From Octopus sinensis (taxonomy: Eukaryota), in the NCBI RefSeq assembly GCF_006345805.1, contig NW_021836436.1, positions 1-24,135 on the forward strand: a stretch of 24,135 bases of DNA. Direction: 5' to 3'. The notes beneath the pieces are model-generated. The model saw only the letters and a program-made list of their open reading frames with translations. It did not search any database and was not told where the DNA came from. A program made the position numbers and the translations under genes. Positions 11,012 to 21,356 of this stretch are shown here, in pieces (the stretch's first letter is position 1; each line of letters begins with the position of its first letter).

Positions 11012-12038
11012 GGATCTTTTCCGTTTGACCGGCAGTTTTTTTCTGGCGGTGTCTTATGAAATTGTCACCCATAATTATGACCCTAGTATCAATCTATTGC
11101 ATTTCGATCTATTTTAGGGTGAGGGGTGGGGGGAAGGGTATCTTTTTTTTCTTCAGAAATGTTAATAAACCCAATCTGTTTCTTAAACGAGGGACATATT
11201 CATACGGCACAGAATGTTTTTTACCTCAATAGACGTCAGTGGTTAGTTGAAATTGCAGAAATTGACCCTAGTATCGATCTATTGCATTTCAATCTGTTTT
11301 AGGGTTAGGGTTGGTTAGGGTAGGGGTAAGGGTATCTTTATTTTCTTCAGTAATGTAAATAAACCCAATCTGTTTCTTAAACGAGGGACATATTCATATG
11401 GCACAGAATGTTTTTTACCTCAATAGACGTCATTGATTGGTTGAAATTTCAGAAACTGAAGAAAAAAAACACAAATATCTTACTAACTATAGAATTTTCT
11501 CAAAAAAGCCAAGAGAAAAAGATGTTTTATAAACACATTCTACCAGTAAACGAAGTTTAAAAGTGTTTAGTTACGTGGAAATTGTTTTAAAAAACTGCCG
11601 TTCAAACCGAAAAGAACCCGGCGATCTTTCGTCTCTAGTAGACCTTTCCGTCGATTTCTGTAAAAACATTTTTTTTTTTACATATGGGCTTGCGGGAACT
11701 TTTGAAGTAATATACATACATATACACATACACCGAGTAAAAAATTTCAGTTATCTCTGTCTCTTCACACACACTAACAGAAGCACTTCACTCACACAAC
11801 ATACTGTCTGTCTCCTACACCCCATCAAACATACACACACACACACACACATGTCCATCAATGCTTCCCATGCACGGTAACTTCAAAAGAACTTCCCTCG
11901 TCATACAATCGCTTTGTCTTAGTCTCTTTCGCTCTCATTACTTCAAAAGTTCCCGCAAGCCCATATGTAAAAAAAAAAAAAGAAGTTTTACGGAAATCGA
12001 CGGAAAGGTCTACTAGAGACGAAAGATTGCCAAGAACC
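11012..12038 (+). mobile_element. M1 copy (~605 bp, 185-bp internal duplication) with M2 inserted at its right terminus
   Basis: Left TIR at 11012, right TIR ends GAACC at 11618; perfect 8-bp TSD cttttcag at 11004-11011 and 12039-12046. Confidence 0.9.
11620..12031. mobile_element. Non-autonomous TIR element family M2 (Merlin-like), ~92-bp TIRs
   Basis: Left TIR 11620-11711 (GGCGATCTTTCGTCTCTAGTAGACC...) and right TIR 11937-12031; perfect 8-bp TSD aagaaccc at 11612-11619 and 12032-12039. Confidence 0.92.
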
Positions 12039-12473
12039 CTTTTCAGAATGTTTAAATTACGATTGTATCGGAATTTGATGTGAAAAGCCAAAATAATGGG
12101 AACACACACACACTTAATGCTGACAACACATCCACAATTTTTGGGGGTTTTTTTTTCGAAATGACAGGTTTCATTTTGTAGATATATGTGACGGGTATGT
12201 GTACGAACCCACCAAATTTATTTTAATTAAATTCCGATATAATCGTAATCTAGACACTCTGAAAGGTATTTATAGAAAATTCCATTAAAAATTCCATTAA
12301 AAATTTCCCATTTTCTGAAAGTTATGAGTAACGAAATCGGTCTCGTGTGAATTTTCCGTAACTCCTCAGACCAATTTGTCTTTCATCATATATAATTAGA
12401 ATCTACACTATCTGAAGCATATCTGTAGAAATTTTCACTAAAAAATATCAATTTTTCTGAAAGTTATGAGGCA

Positions 12474-13241
12474 AAACGAAGCTCCACCGATCGAATATGA
12501 TCTCGAAACATTCAAGGCTATCTTGAAACCAGTAAGAGGAACTTTTAAAGCAAGGAGATGGAAATGGCTGGGTCGAGTTTGTCGCTAGGAACCGAACTCC
12601 GATCTTTTCGGTTTGACCGGCAGTGTTTTTCTAGCGGTGTCATATGAAATTGTCACCCATAATTACGACCCTAGTATCGATCTATTGCATTTCAATCTCT
12701 TTTAGGGTTAGGGTTGGTTCGGGGTAGGGGTAAGGGTATCTTTTTTTTCTTCACAAATGTAAATAAACCCAATCTGTTTCTTAAACGAGGGACATATACA
12801 GCACAGAATGTTTTTTACCTCAATAGTCGTCAGTGATTTGTTGAAATTGCAGAAATTGAAGGAAAGAAAACAACAAATATCTTATAAACTATAGAATTTT
12901 CTCAATAAAGCCAAGAGAAAAAGATGTTTTATAAACACATTCTACCAGTATACGAAGTTTAAAATCTTTTAGTTACCTGGAAATTATGTTAAAAACTGCC
13001 GGTCAAACCGAAAAGATCCCCAAACTCAACTGTCAGGATTGCTCTGTAATGGGTTCTACAAGGTAAAAGAAGACGAGGCCGACCAAAGTAAACCTGGCGG
13101 AGATCAATAAAAGATCTTAAAAGCAGAAGGGTTAACAATGGAACGAGCTGTCAAGGACGCTTTCAGTGTTAGAAGGTGGAATAATGTTGTTCTCGCCTCA
13201 AGTGCCACGAGGCACAATGAGGACCGAATGAATGAATGAAT
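12474..13241 (+). mobile_element. Decayed RTE-clade LINE 3' fragment interrupted by M1
   Basis: With M1 and one TSD copy removed it reads ...FKARRWKWLGRVCR*EPNSTVRIAL*WVLQGKRRRGRPK...TWRRSIKDLK...EGLTMERAVKDAFSVRRWNNVVLASSATRHNED (stops and frameshifts), then (GAAT)n. Confidence 0.8.
12600..13019 (+). mobile_element. M1 unit-length copy (420 bp)
   Basis: ~29-bp TIRs; flanks ccgaactc (12592-12599) and ccaaactc (13020-13027) match 7/8; LINE reading frame is restored on excision. Confidence 0.9.
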
Positions 13242-13400
13242 ATGAGGCAACAAAATCGAAGGATACGGCACACATGTGTAAGAATGTCTTTAGGGCCATA
13301 CATACATACATACATACATACGTACATACATATACGTTATATACACGCATACACATTATATAGGTATATACATACACATATATCATATATACATACACAT

Positions 13401-13516
13401 ATGGTTCTGGGTTCAGTCCCACTGCGTGGCATCTTGGGCAAGTGTCTTCTACTATAGCCTCGAGCCGACCAAATCCTTGTGAGTGGATTTGGTAGGCGGA
13501 AACTGAAAGAATCCCG

Positions 13517-13553
<37 letters not shown>

Positions 13554-13755
13554 TATGTTTGTGTTTGTCTCTGCCACCATCGCTTGACAACCGATGCTGG
13601 TGTGTTCACGTCCCTGTAACCTCGCGGTTCGGTAAAGGAGACCGACAGGATATGTACTAGGCTTACAAAGTATAAGTCTTGGGGTCGATTTGTTCGACTA
13701 GAGGCGGTGCTACAGCATGGCCAGTCAAATGACTGAAACTAAAGAATAAAAGAAA
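13401..13755 (+). mobile_element. SINE family A, 5'-truncated
   Basis: Starts at ATGGTTCTGGGTTCAGTCCC and continues to GACTGAAAC plus an A-rich tail. Confidence 0.88.
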
Positions 13756-13889
13756 TATATATACACATACATACATGGATCCACGCACCCAGGAGCCATG
13801 ACGTCGGTGCAGCCCGCCCCCCTTAGACTGTAAGAAGTTAAGGGCTGAAACACTTGCCTAAGGTGGGGTACCACAACACACAAATTTCT

Positions 13890-14789
13890 TGTTTATTTCT
13901 TGTTTCATTCATTAGACTGCGCCCATGCTGGGGCATTACCTTGAAGAGCTTTTTAGTCGATGAATCAATCCCAATAACTGTCGTGTTTTAAAGCCTTCTA
14001 ATTATTCTATCGGTATCTTTGTCGAACCGCCAGGTTACGGGGACGTAAACACACCAACACCGGTTGTGAAGCGGTTCGGCAAAATATTCCTATAGAATCA
14101 GCACCAGGCTTTTAGAAAATCCCTACGGTCGATTTGTTCGACTAAAACCCTTCAAGGCGGTGCCCCAGCATGGCCGCAGTCAAAAAATGACTGAAACAAG
14201 AAAAAAAAAAAAAGACTATACATATATACGACGGGCTTCTTTCAGTTTCCGTCTACCAAATCCACTCACAAGGCTTTGGTCGGCCCGGGGCTATAGCAGA
14301 AGACACTTGCCCAAGATGCCACGCAGTGCGACTGAAACCGGAACCATGTGGTTGAGAATATGGTGTGACCGTATGGTAAGAAGTTTCCAGGTTCAGTCCC
14401 ACTGCGTGGCATCTTGGGCAAGTGTCTTCTGCTATAGCCCGGGCCGACCAATGCCTTGTGAGTGGATTTGGTAGATGGAAACTGAAAGAAGCCTGTCGTA
14501 TATATGTATATATATAAGTGTGTGTGTATATGTTTGTGTGTCTGTGTTTGTCCCCCTAACATTGCTTGACAACCGATGCTGGTGTGTTTACGTCCCCGTC
14601 ACTTAGCGGTTCGGCAAAAGAGACCGATAGAATAAGTACTGGGCTTACAAAGAATAAGTCCCGGGGTCGATTTGCTCGACTAAAGGCGGTGCTCCAGCAT
14701 TGCCGCAGTCAAAATGACTGAAACAAGTAAAAGAGTAAAAGATATACATATATATATATATATACACACACACACATGCATATATGGGT

Positions 14790-14834
<45 letters not shown>

Positions 14835-14970
14835 TCCGTCTATCGATTCCACTCGCAGCAAGACCGGTTGGCCCGGGGCTATAGAAGACACTTTCCCGCG
14901 GAGCCACACTTTGGAATCGGACCCGGAACCACGTCATTGGAAGGCAAGCTTCTTAACTACTCCACCACAC
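13890..14970. mobile_element. Cluster of five family A or related pieces in alternating orientation
   Basis: Minus 3' arm ~13897-14075; plus 3' arm ~14072-14203; minus 5' arm ~14225-14352; plus copy ~14383-14742; minus old 5' arm ~14826-14970. Confidence 0.8.
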
Positions 14971-15149
14971 TGCATCATCGTAGATACTACGCCATGCCAC
15001 CGTCACAACCGCCTTCATCGCCCCTGCTCGTTCACTCAGTCACTATGTCATCCATTCATTCATAATTCCATCGCCACCGCCGCCACCTCCACCACTATCA
15101 CGTATTTGACCTTGTTTTTACATCATCCACCACCGCCACCACCTTATCG

Positions 15150-15410
15150 GTAGTACTTCTCCTACCACCACCAGTTGATTACTACCTACTCCCTCACAAT
15201 TATTACCTCCACATCCACCACCACCACCACTACTACCGTTGCAGTCCTCCCACCACTAGTTGATTACTACCTCTTCCTCCAACTCTCTCACAATCATTAC
15301 CTCCACAACCACCACCACTACTACCGTTGCTGTCCTCCCACCACTAGTTGATTACTACCTCTTCCTCCAACTCTCTCACAATCATTACCTCCACAACCAC
15401 CACCATATAA
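15150..15410. repeat. ~84-bp tandem repeat, three copies, in an (ACC/ACT)-rich low-complexity region
   Basis: AGTTGATTACTACCT...TTACCTCCACAACCACC repeated. Confidence 0.8.
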
Positions 15411-15756
15411 TTAACGGTATACACGATGTGGCCTGTTCGGCATGCTTGAAATAACAGTCATACTCCCGTAAATCATACTCATTACTCTCTGTAAAAAAGG
15501 AAGGACACATTACGTAATAATGAATCTAGAACCACACCTACCTACTACAACAATAGCACATATCCGTGCTTGACTATACAGCGCTGGCACCCATACACTA
15601 CATTACAGCAGTGTTACACAACCACACTGCACCACAACCGCTACGCTACATCACCACTGCAGCTTCACCACAAAACTACTACACTATCGCACAAACATAC
15701 ACACCACAGCACCATCTACCACTAGTACTACTACCACAACGAACTTCAACTGTATA

Positions 15757-16318
15757 GGCGCAGGAGTGGCTGTGTGGTAAGTAGCTTGTTTACCAACCAC
15801 ATGGTTCCGGGTTCAGTCCCACTGCGTGGCACCTTGGGCAGGTGTCTTCTGCTATAGCCTCAGGCCGACCAAAGCCTTGTGAGTGGATTTGGTAGAAGGA
15901 AACTGAAAGAAGCCCATCATATATATAGGCATAGGAGTGGCTGTGTGGTAAGTAGCTTGCTTACCAACCACATGGTTCCGGGTTCAGTCCCACTGCGTGG
16001 CACCTTGGGCAAGTGTCTTCTGCTATAGCCTCAGGCAGACCAAAGCCTTGTGAGTGGATTTGGTAGACGGAAACTGAAAGAAGCCCGTCGTATATATGTA
16101 TATATATATATGTGTGTGTGTTTGTGTGTCTGTGTTTGTCCCCCTAGCATTGCTTGACAACTGATGCTGGTGTGTTTATGTCCCTGTCACTTAGCGGTTC
16201 GGCAAAAGAGACCGATAGAATAAGTACTGGGCTTACAAAGTCCCGGGGTCGAGTTGCTCGATTAAAAGGCGGTGCTCCAGCATGGCCGCAGTCAAATGAC
16301 TGAAACAAGTAAAAGAGT
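15757..16318 (+). mobile_element. SINE family A, duplicated 5' arm (15757-15925) plus full copy (15928-16318)
   Basis: Two heads 171 bp apart, both carrying the variant CTGCTATAGCCTCAGGC. Confidence 0.92.
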
Positions 16319-16324
16319 ATATAT

Positions 16325-16465
16325 ATATATTTCTTTACTACCCACAAGGGGCTTAACACAGAGGGGACAAACAAGGACAGACAAAGGGATTAAGTCGACT
16401 ATATCGATCCCCAGTGCGTAACTGGTACTTAATTTATCGACCCAGAAAGGATGAAGGGCAGCGAA
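16325..16465 (-). mobile_element. 3' half of a distinct SINE family (D)
   Basis: Minus strand reads CATCCTTTCTGGGTCGATAAATTAAGTACCAG...CCCCTTGTGGGTAGTAAAGAAATA; the core resembles Deu/Nin-type SINE domains (from recall); related fragment at ~19440-19470. Confidence 0.6.
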
Positions 16466-16559
16466 GCCTCGCCCTGCTAGAAATAGCAGCCAAAGCTCTC
16501 CTTGACACCATACCCAGGTCTTGCTCAACCACGATTCAACCCAGGGCTAAACAATCATC

Positions 16560-18400
16560 AACCACTATGTACTAACTACTCCTACTGCTACTCCTTCAAC
16601 CGGTTCACCCACCATCCTCACCACCACCACCACCACCATTATATACTATTTACTACTACTACTACCACTACCCCAACTTACTCGCCACCATCCCCATCAC
16701 TTTGTGTGTAGAATCCATCACTCCCACCGCCTCCATCACCATCACGTCTATAGTTCCCCTCCCTCCACACTATCGCTACACTTCACCGATATCCATCCAC
16801 CACCACCACCACCTTAACCGCCACCACCACCCTTATATTTATAGTATCCACCGCTACCGCCTTCATGGGGTGCAAGTTCATTGCCACCGCCATCACCTTC
16901 ACCCCACCATTATATTTATACTTTCTCTCTCTTTCTTTTTCTCTTTGTGTTTGTCTCTCTCTCTCTGTCTCTTAATGTCTATCTGTCTTTCTCTTTTTCC
17001 CTATATTTCTCTTTTACTATCTCTTTCTCGCTTTCCCCAACGCCACCACATACATAATAGCTACCCCTGCTCCCACCGCCACCAGATTTATAACCGGCAC
17101 TACCGCCACCACCACCATGATAGTACCGGCCGCATTAACTACCACCTCATTATCTTAACCTCCCACCATACCTCTCTATTACCACTACGACTACTACAGC
17201 AGCTTAACCTTTCAACATTGTCTCAACGTCACCAACACCACCACCACCACCATCGCCACCACCACCACCTTGCTACTGTTTCCTTCCTCCTTATCTCTCC
17301 CTCCCACCACCTTACTTGTTGACTTCCCTACTCCACCGCCACCACCACCACTGAACAACCGATGTCTTCTCACCCTTCTACTCCTATACAAACATCTATC
17401 TCCTCCCCTTCTTTCCCCTGCATCGTCTGCTTTTTTACCCCCCGCCTCCTCCCTCCACCCTTCGTGCATTCACTCTCCACCTCTTCCTAACCTCATTGCA
17501 CTCTCGGCCTCTCCCTCTGTTTCCTTAACAGTCTGTATCCCCCTCGCTCTGTTTCATATGTTACTATCATACGTCTCTGCTCCTACCACAGTACTATGTC
17601 TCTGTCTTTTTATTACACCACCTCTTCCCATTCCTCTTACCACATCCGTCATTATCACCTTCTTTTCCTTTATCGTCTGCTTTTATTGATTTGCTGCTCC
17701 TCACTCTCTTCCTCTCTCCCTCTCTCATACTATCATTATATCTCTCTTTCAATATTTATCTGTCGTTCATCCTCTCCCTCGCCACCTCTCTTTATCTCTT
17801 ATTCTGTCTTCCACTTACTCTCTCTTACTCTCTATCTCTCTTAACATTCTAACACTCTTTAACCCTCTTACTACCCCTCTCCTTCTCTAATACTCTCTCC
17901 TCTTTAACTTTCTTTAATCTCAACTATTTCTTCTATTACTCTTTCCCTCTCTATCTCTCCTTTTCCCTCTCCCTATTAGCTCTTAGTCTCTTCTTTTCTC
18001 TATTCACCTCATCCTTCCTTCCCCACCACATTACTAGCGCCAACTCCTACTTCTCCTCGTTTGTACTCCCTCCCTTTTTTTCTTTCTCTTTATCTTATCT
18101 CCCTCCCTATCATTCCTCCCCTTCTTCCTCTATTTTTCTTCTCTTTCTCTCACATCTATCGTCTGCTTTACTCCCACTCCAATGCTCATATATTCTCTTC
18201 CTCTCCCTATCTCTATCACTCACCCTAATCCCTCTTTCTTCCCTCTACAAACCTATAAGCTTTCCCTTTTCTTCTTTTCCTCCCACTCCAACCTCTGTCT
18301 TAGTTCTCTCTTTCTTTTATTTCGCTCCGCCACCGCCATCACACACCTTTACTTATTTTTATTTGTTTTCCTTTCTTAAACATGTTTTTTACTATGTTTT
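16560..18400. repeat. (ACC)n- and CT-rich low-complexity tract
   Basis: Direct reading; G strongly depleted on the + strand. Confidence 0.8.
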
Positions 18401-18679
18401 TTCTTCCCATTTCGCCGTTCTTTTTTCCAGTCTGTCCTCCCTCCGCTCCAATGTCCGAACTGAACCTGACTTACTTAGGCCTTCTACTCACCATTGCCAC
18501 CCCCTCGTCTTGTTGCATGCAGGCGAAATCTCGACTTCCCACTCACTGAAGCGAAACCGTGACCTCGTCGACCCCGCTTCGTGTCTGTGTCTGCCGTCGT
18601 GCCTTTATCGTTAGCTAATCTCTCGTATATCTCCCGTTATGTGATCTGCCTCAATTCTTACACGCGATAATCTTATTTT

Positions 18680-19000
18680 ACTTTTTTTTACTCTTTTACT
18701 TGTTTCAGTCATTTGACTGCGGCCATGCTGGAGCACCGCCTTTAATCGAGCAAATCAACCCCGGGACTTATTCTTTTTAAGCCCAGTACTTATTCTATCG
18801 GTCTCTTTTGCCGAACCGCTATATTGTGGGGACGTAAACACACCAACATCGGTTGTCTAGCGATGTTGGGGGAAAACACAGACACACAAGTACTTATTCT
18901 ATCGGCCTCTTTTGCCGAACCGCTATATTGTGGGGACGTAAACACACCAGCATCGGTTGTCTAGCGATGTTGGGGGGACAAACACAGACACACAAACACG

Positions 19001-19041
<41 letters not shown>

Positions 19042-19201
19042 GACGGGCTTCTTTCAGTTTCCGTCTACCAAATCCACTCACAAGGCTTTGGTTGGCCTGA
19101 GGCTATAGTAGAAAACACTTGCCCAAGGTGCCACGCAGTGGGACTGAACCCGGAACCATGTGGTTGGTAAGCCAGCTACTTACCACACAGCCACTCCTGC
19201 G
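18680..19201 (-). mobile_element. SINE family A with 104-bp internal tandem duplication
   Basis: Units start at 18785 and 18889. Confidence 0.9.
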
Positions 19202-19721
19202 ACTTGCTAGAAATGACAACCAAATCTGTCTCGAATCACTTTGAAACGGAAGGACACAGTTGCTATATCTTCTTATGCTACGATATGATGGTCACGCACG
19301 GCACGTCATGACTTCGTGTCAATAGTTAACAGAAATACCATGAGTGTTCTTCTGTGTTAAAATTTGAATAAAAATTACACGGTGGATCTCAAAGAAATGA
19401 GGTTAACTTCGTTTATTTTTTGTTTATATTAATTTTCAAGGGGGGATCGATAAATTAAATACCAGTTCAATATATTATTTGATTTGATTAACTCTTTGAA
19501 ATCAGTCAGTCAGTTAGCAAGTAAAGCCACAGATCAACGGTGATGAAGATGTGTGTGTATACAAAGGAAAAAAACGGGATTAAATATAGGTGTATATTTT
19601 GTGAGCACTCTGTGGGTATCAAACCAGCCTAATTTAATTGTCCATTGAAAGCCATTGTAATATTAATCTCGCGTAAAATTTAATTTCAGCTATCTCCCCA
19701 GTTTCTCAATCCGAAGGTAAA

Positions 19722-19995
19722 GGTGGGTGGTTCAGTGGTTAGGGTATACAGTTCACGGTCATTAGCTCATGAATTCGATTCCCGGATGCATGCCGTGTCC
19801 TTGAGCAAGACACTTTATTGCTGCAGACCACTCAGCTGGCAAAAATTAATTATACCTGTAATTCAAAAGGGCCAGCCTTGTCACATTCGGTGTCACTTTG
19901 AATCTTGAGACCTACGTTAATTTTATGAACGGACTGTTCCGCTGATCGGATCAACTAGGAACCAACCGTCTTCGTTGTAAGCGACGGGGTGTCAG
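19722..19995 (+). mobile_element. Decayed tRNA-derived SINE, family E
   Basis: Head TGGTTCAGTGGTTAGGG...GAATTCGATTCCCGG followed by GTGTCCTTGAGCAAGACACTT, a motif typical of conserved SINE central domains. Confidence 0.7.
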
Positions 19996-20178
19996 GAATT
20001 GGAAGTCTAGTAAACGCTCTGATAACGATTGGATGTTGTTCTGTTCATCGCGGTAGTAATTTGATCGATAAATAAGTATGTATGATTTTTCGCATCACAG
20101 AATTTTGTAATGCCACACTATCCGAAACGCGCATAAGCTAATTAAAGAATGTACAATTCTCTCTGTTTTTCTGATATA

Positions 20179-20576
20179 TCCTTATATATAAAAGTGAGGT
20201 TGTGTGCTGTCTGTCTCCTACGATTTAGATTCCTAACTACTCCCACATTTTGCAGTGCAGTTTAACCAAAACCGGGTATCTTATAGTCGTGATTCATATC
20301 GAGCCCTTCTGCGTATTAGCGCGCGTCTACGATGAGTCTACGATTTAAAAAAATATATACCATCAATTTTCCCCATTTTTAATGCATTTTTGGCATATAT
20401 AAGGGAAGTAACTCTCTGAAAATGTATTATTAAATCTCAGAACGTAAAAAGGTACAGTAACACCCCCCCCCTTTGTGGTTAGCCATATTGAGATGGCTAT
20501 TATACTTTACATCTCTAAAAATGCTTATAAAGTTATTTCCCTTACAAACCCGAGCAACGCCGGGCGATACTGCTAG
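20179..20576 (+). mobile_element. Non-autonomous Helitron (398 bp)
   Basis: A|TC 5' end (TCCTTATATATAAAAGTGAGGTTGTGTG); 3' hairpin CCCGAGCAACGCCGGG (20549-20564) followed by CTAG|T (20573-20577); no TSD. Confidence 0.88.
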
Positions 20577-20584
20577 TGTAATAT

Positions 20585-20588
<4 letters not shown>

Positions 20589-20626
<38 letters not shown>
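20589..20626. repeat. (AG)n microsatellite
   Basis: Direct reading. Confidence 0.95.
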
Positions 20627-20628
<2 letters not shown>

Positions 20629-20678
20629 TATTAATCATTTATTCCCTAAATATATATATATTCCTTATTTATCAGTTA

Positions 20679-20988
20679 TTCTACTATAGCCACGAGTCGA
20701 GGCTATAGTAGAAGACCAAATCCACTCACAAAGCCTTGTGAGTGGATTTGGTAGACGGAAACTGAAAGAAGCCTGTCGTATATGTATGTGCGTGTGTGTG
20801 TGTGAGTCTTTGTGAGTCTTTGTCCCCCCACCTACCGCCTGGCAAGCGGTAATGGCGTGTTTATGTCTCTGTAATCGAGCAGTTCGCCAAAAGATACCGA
20901 TAGAATAAGTACAAGGCTTTAAAAACATAGGCGATGAGGTGTCAGAAACGTGTGTATATATGTGTATATATGTATATGTATATATATA

Positions 20989-21043
<55 letters not shown>

Positions 21044-21265
21044 TATATATGTTGTGTGTGTGTGTGTATGTTTGTGTGTCTGTGTTTGTCCCCCCCAACA
21101 TCGCTTGACAATCGATGCTGGTGTGTTTACGTTCCTGTAAAATAGCGGTTCGGCAAAAGGAGACCGATAGAATAAGTACTAGGCTTCCAAAGAATAAGTC
21201 CTGGGGTCGATTTGCTCGACTAAAGGCGGTGCTCCAGCATGGCCACAGTCAAAAGTAAAAGAGAA
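20679..21265 (+). mobile_element. Rearranged family A pieces (inverted segments, older copy to ~20920, 3' arm ~21065-21262)
   Basis: Family A motifs with two local inversions and a (TA)n spacer. Confidence 0.8.
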
Positions 21266-21356
21266 CGTATGTATCGCCGTTGTGATTGTTTCGATATCTG
21301 TTGGAGGACCTAGGTGCACAGCGAGATACTCAACCATATCAGATCATCAGTGGAAA

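Larger units (their letters stand above)
10325..12480. mobile_element. Old AT-rich foldback-like element hosting later insertions
   Basis: Subunit CTCATAACTTTCAGAAAAATGG...TATCGGAATTT occurs twice on + (~10335-10860 and ~10925-12090, insertions removed) and twice on - (~12205-12330 and ~12370-12475). Confidence 0.55.

Noticed and set aside
148-19170. Recurrent ORFs such as RRASFSFRLPNPLTRLWSARGYSRRH and DGLLSVSVYQIHSQGFGRPEAI
   Set aside because: Antisense translations of SINE family A, not a gene family.
21270-21356. Hammerhead ribozyme (minus strand CTGATGA ... CGAAAC)
   Set aside because: Bases right after CTGATGA (TCTG) do not pair with those right before GAAA (TATC), and I found no stem I/III with a cleavage triplet.
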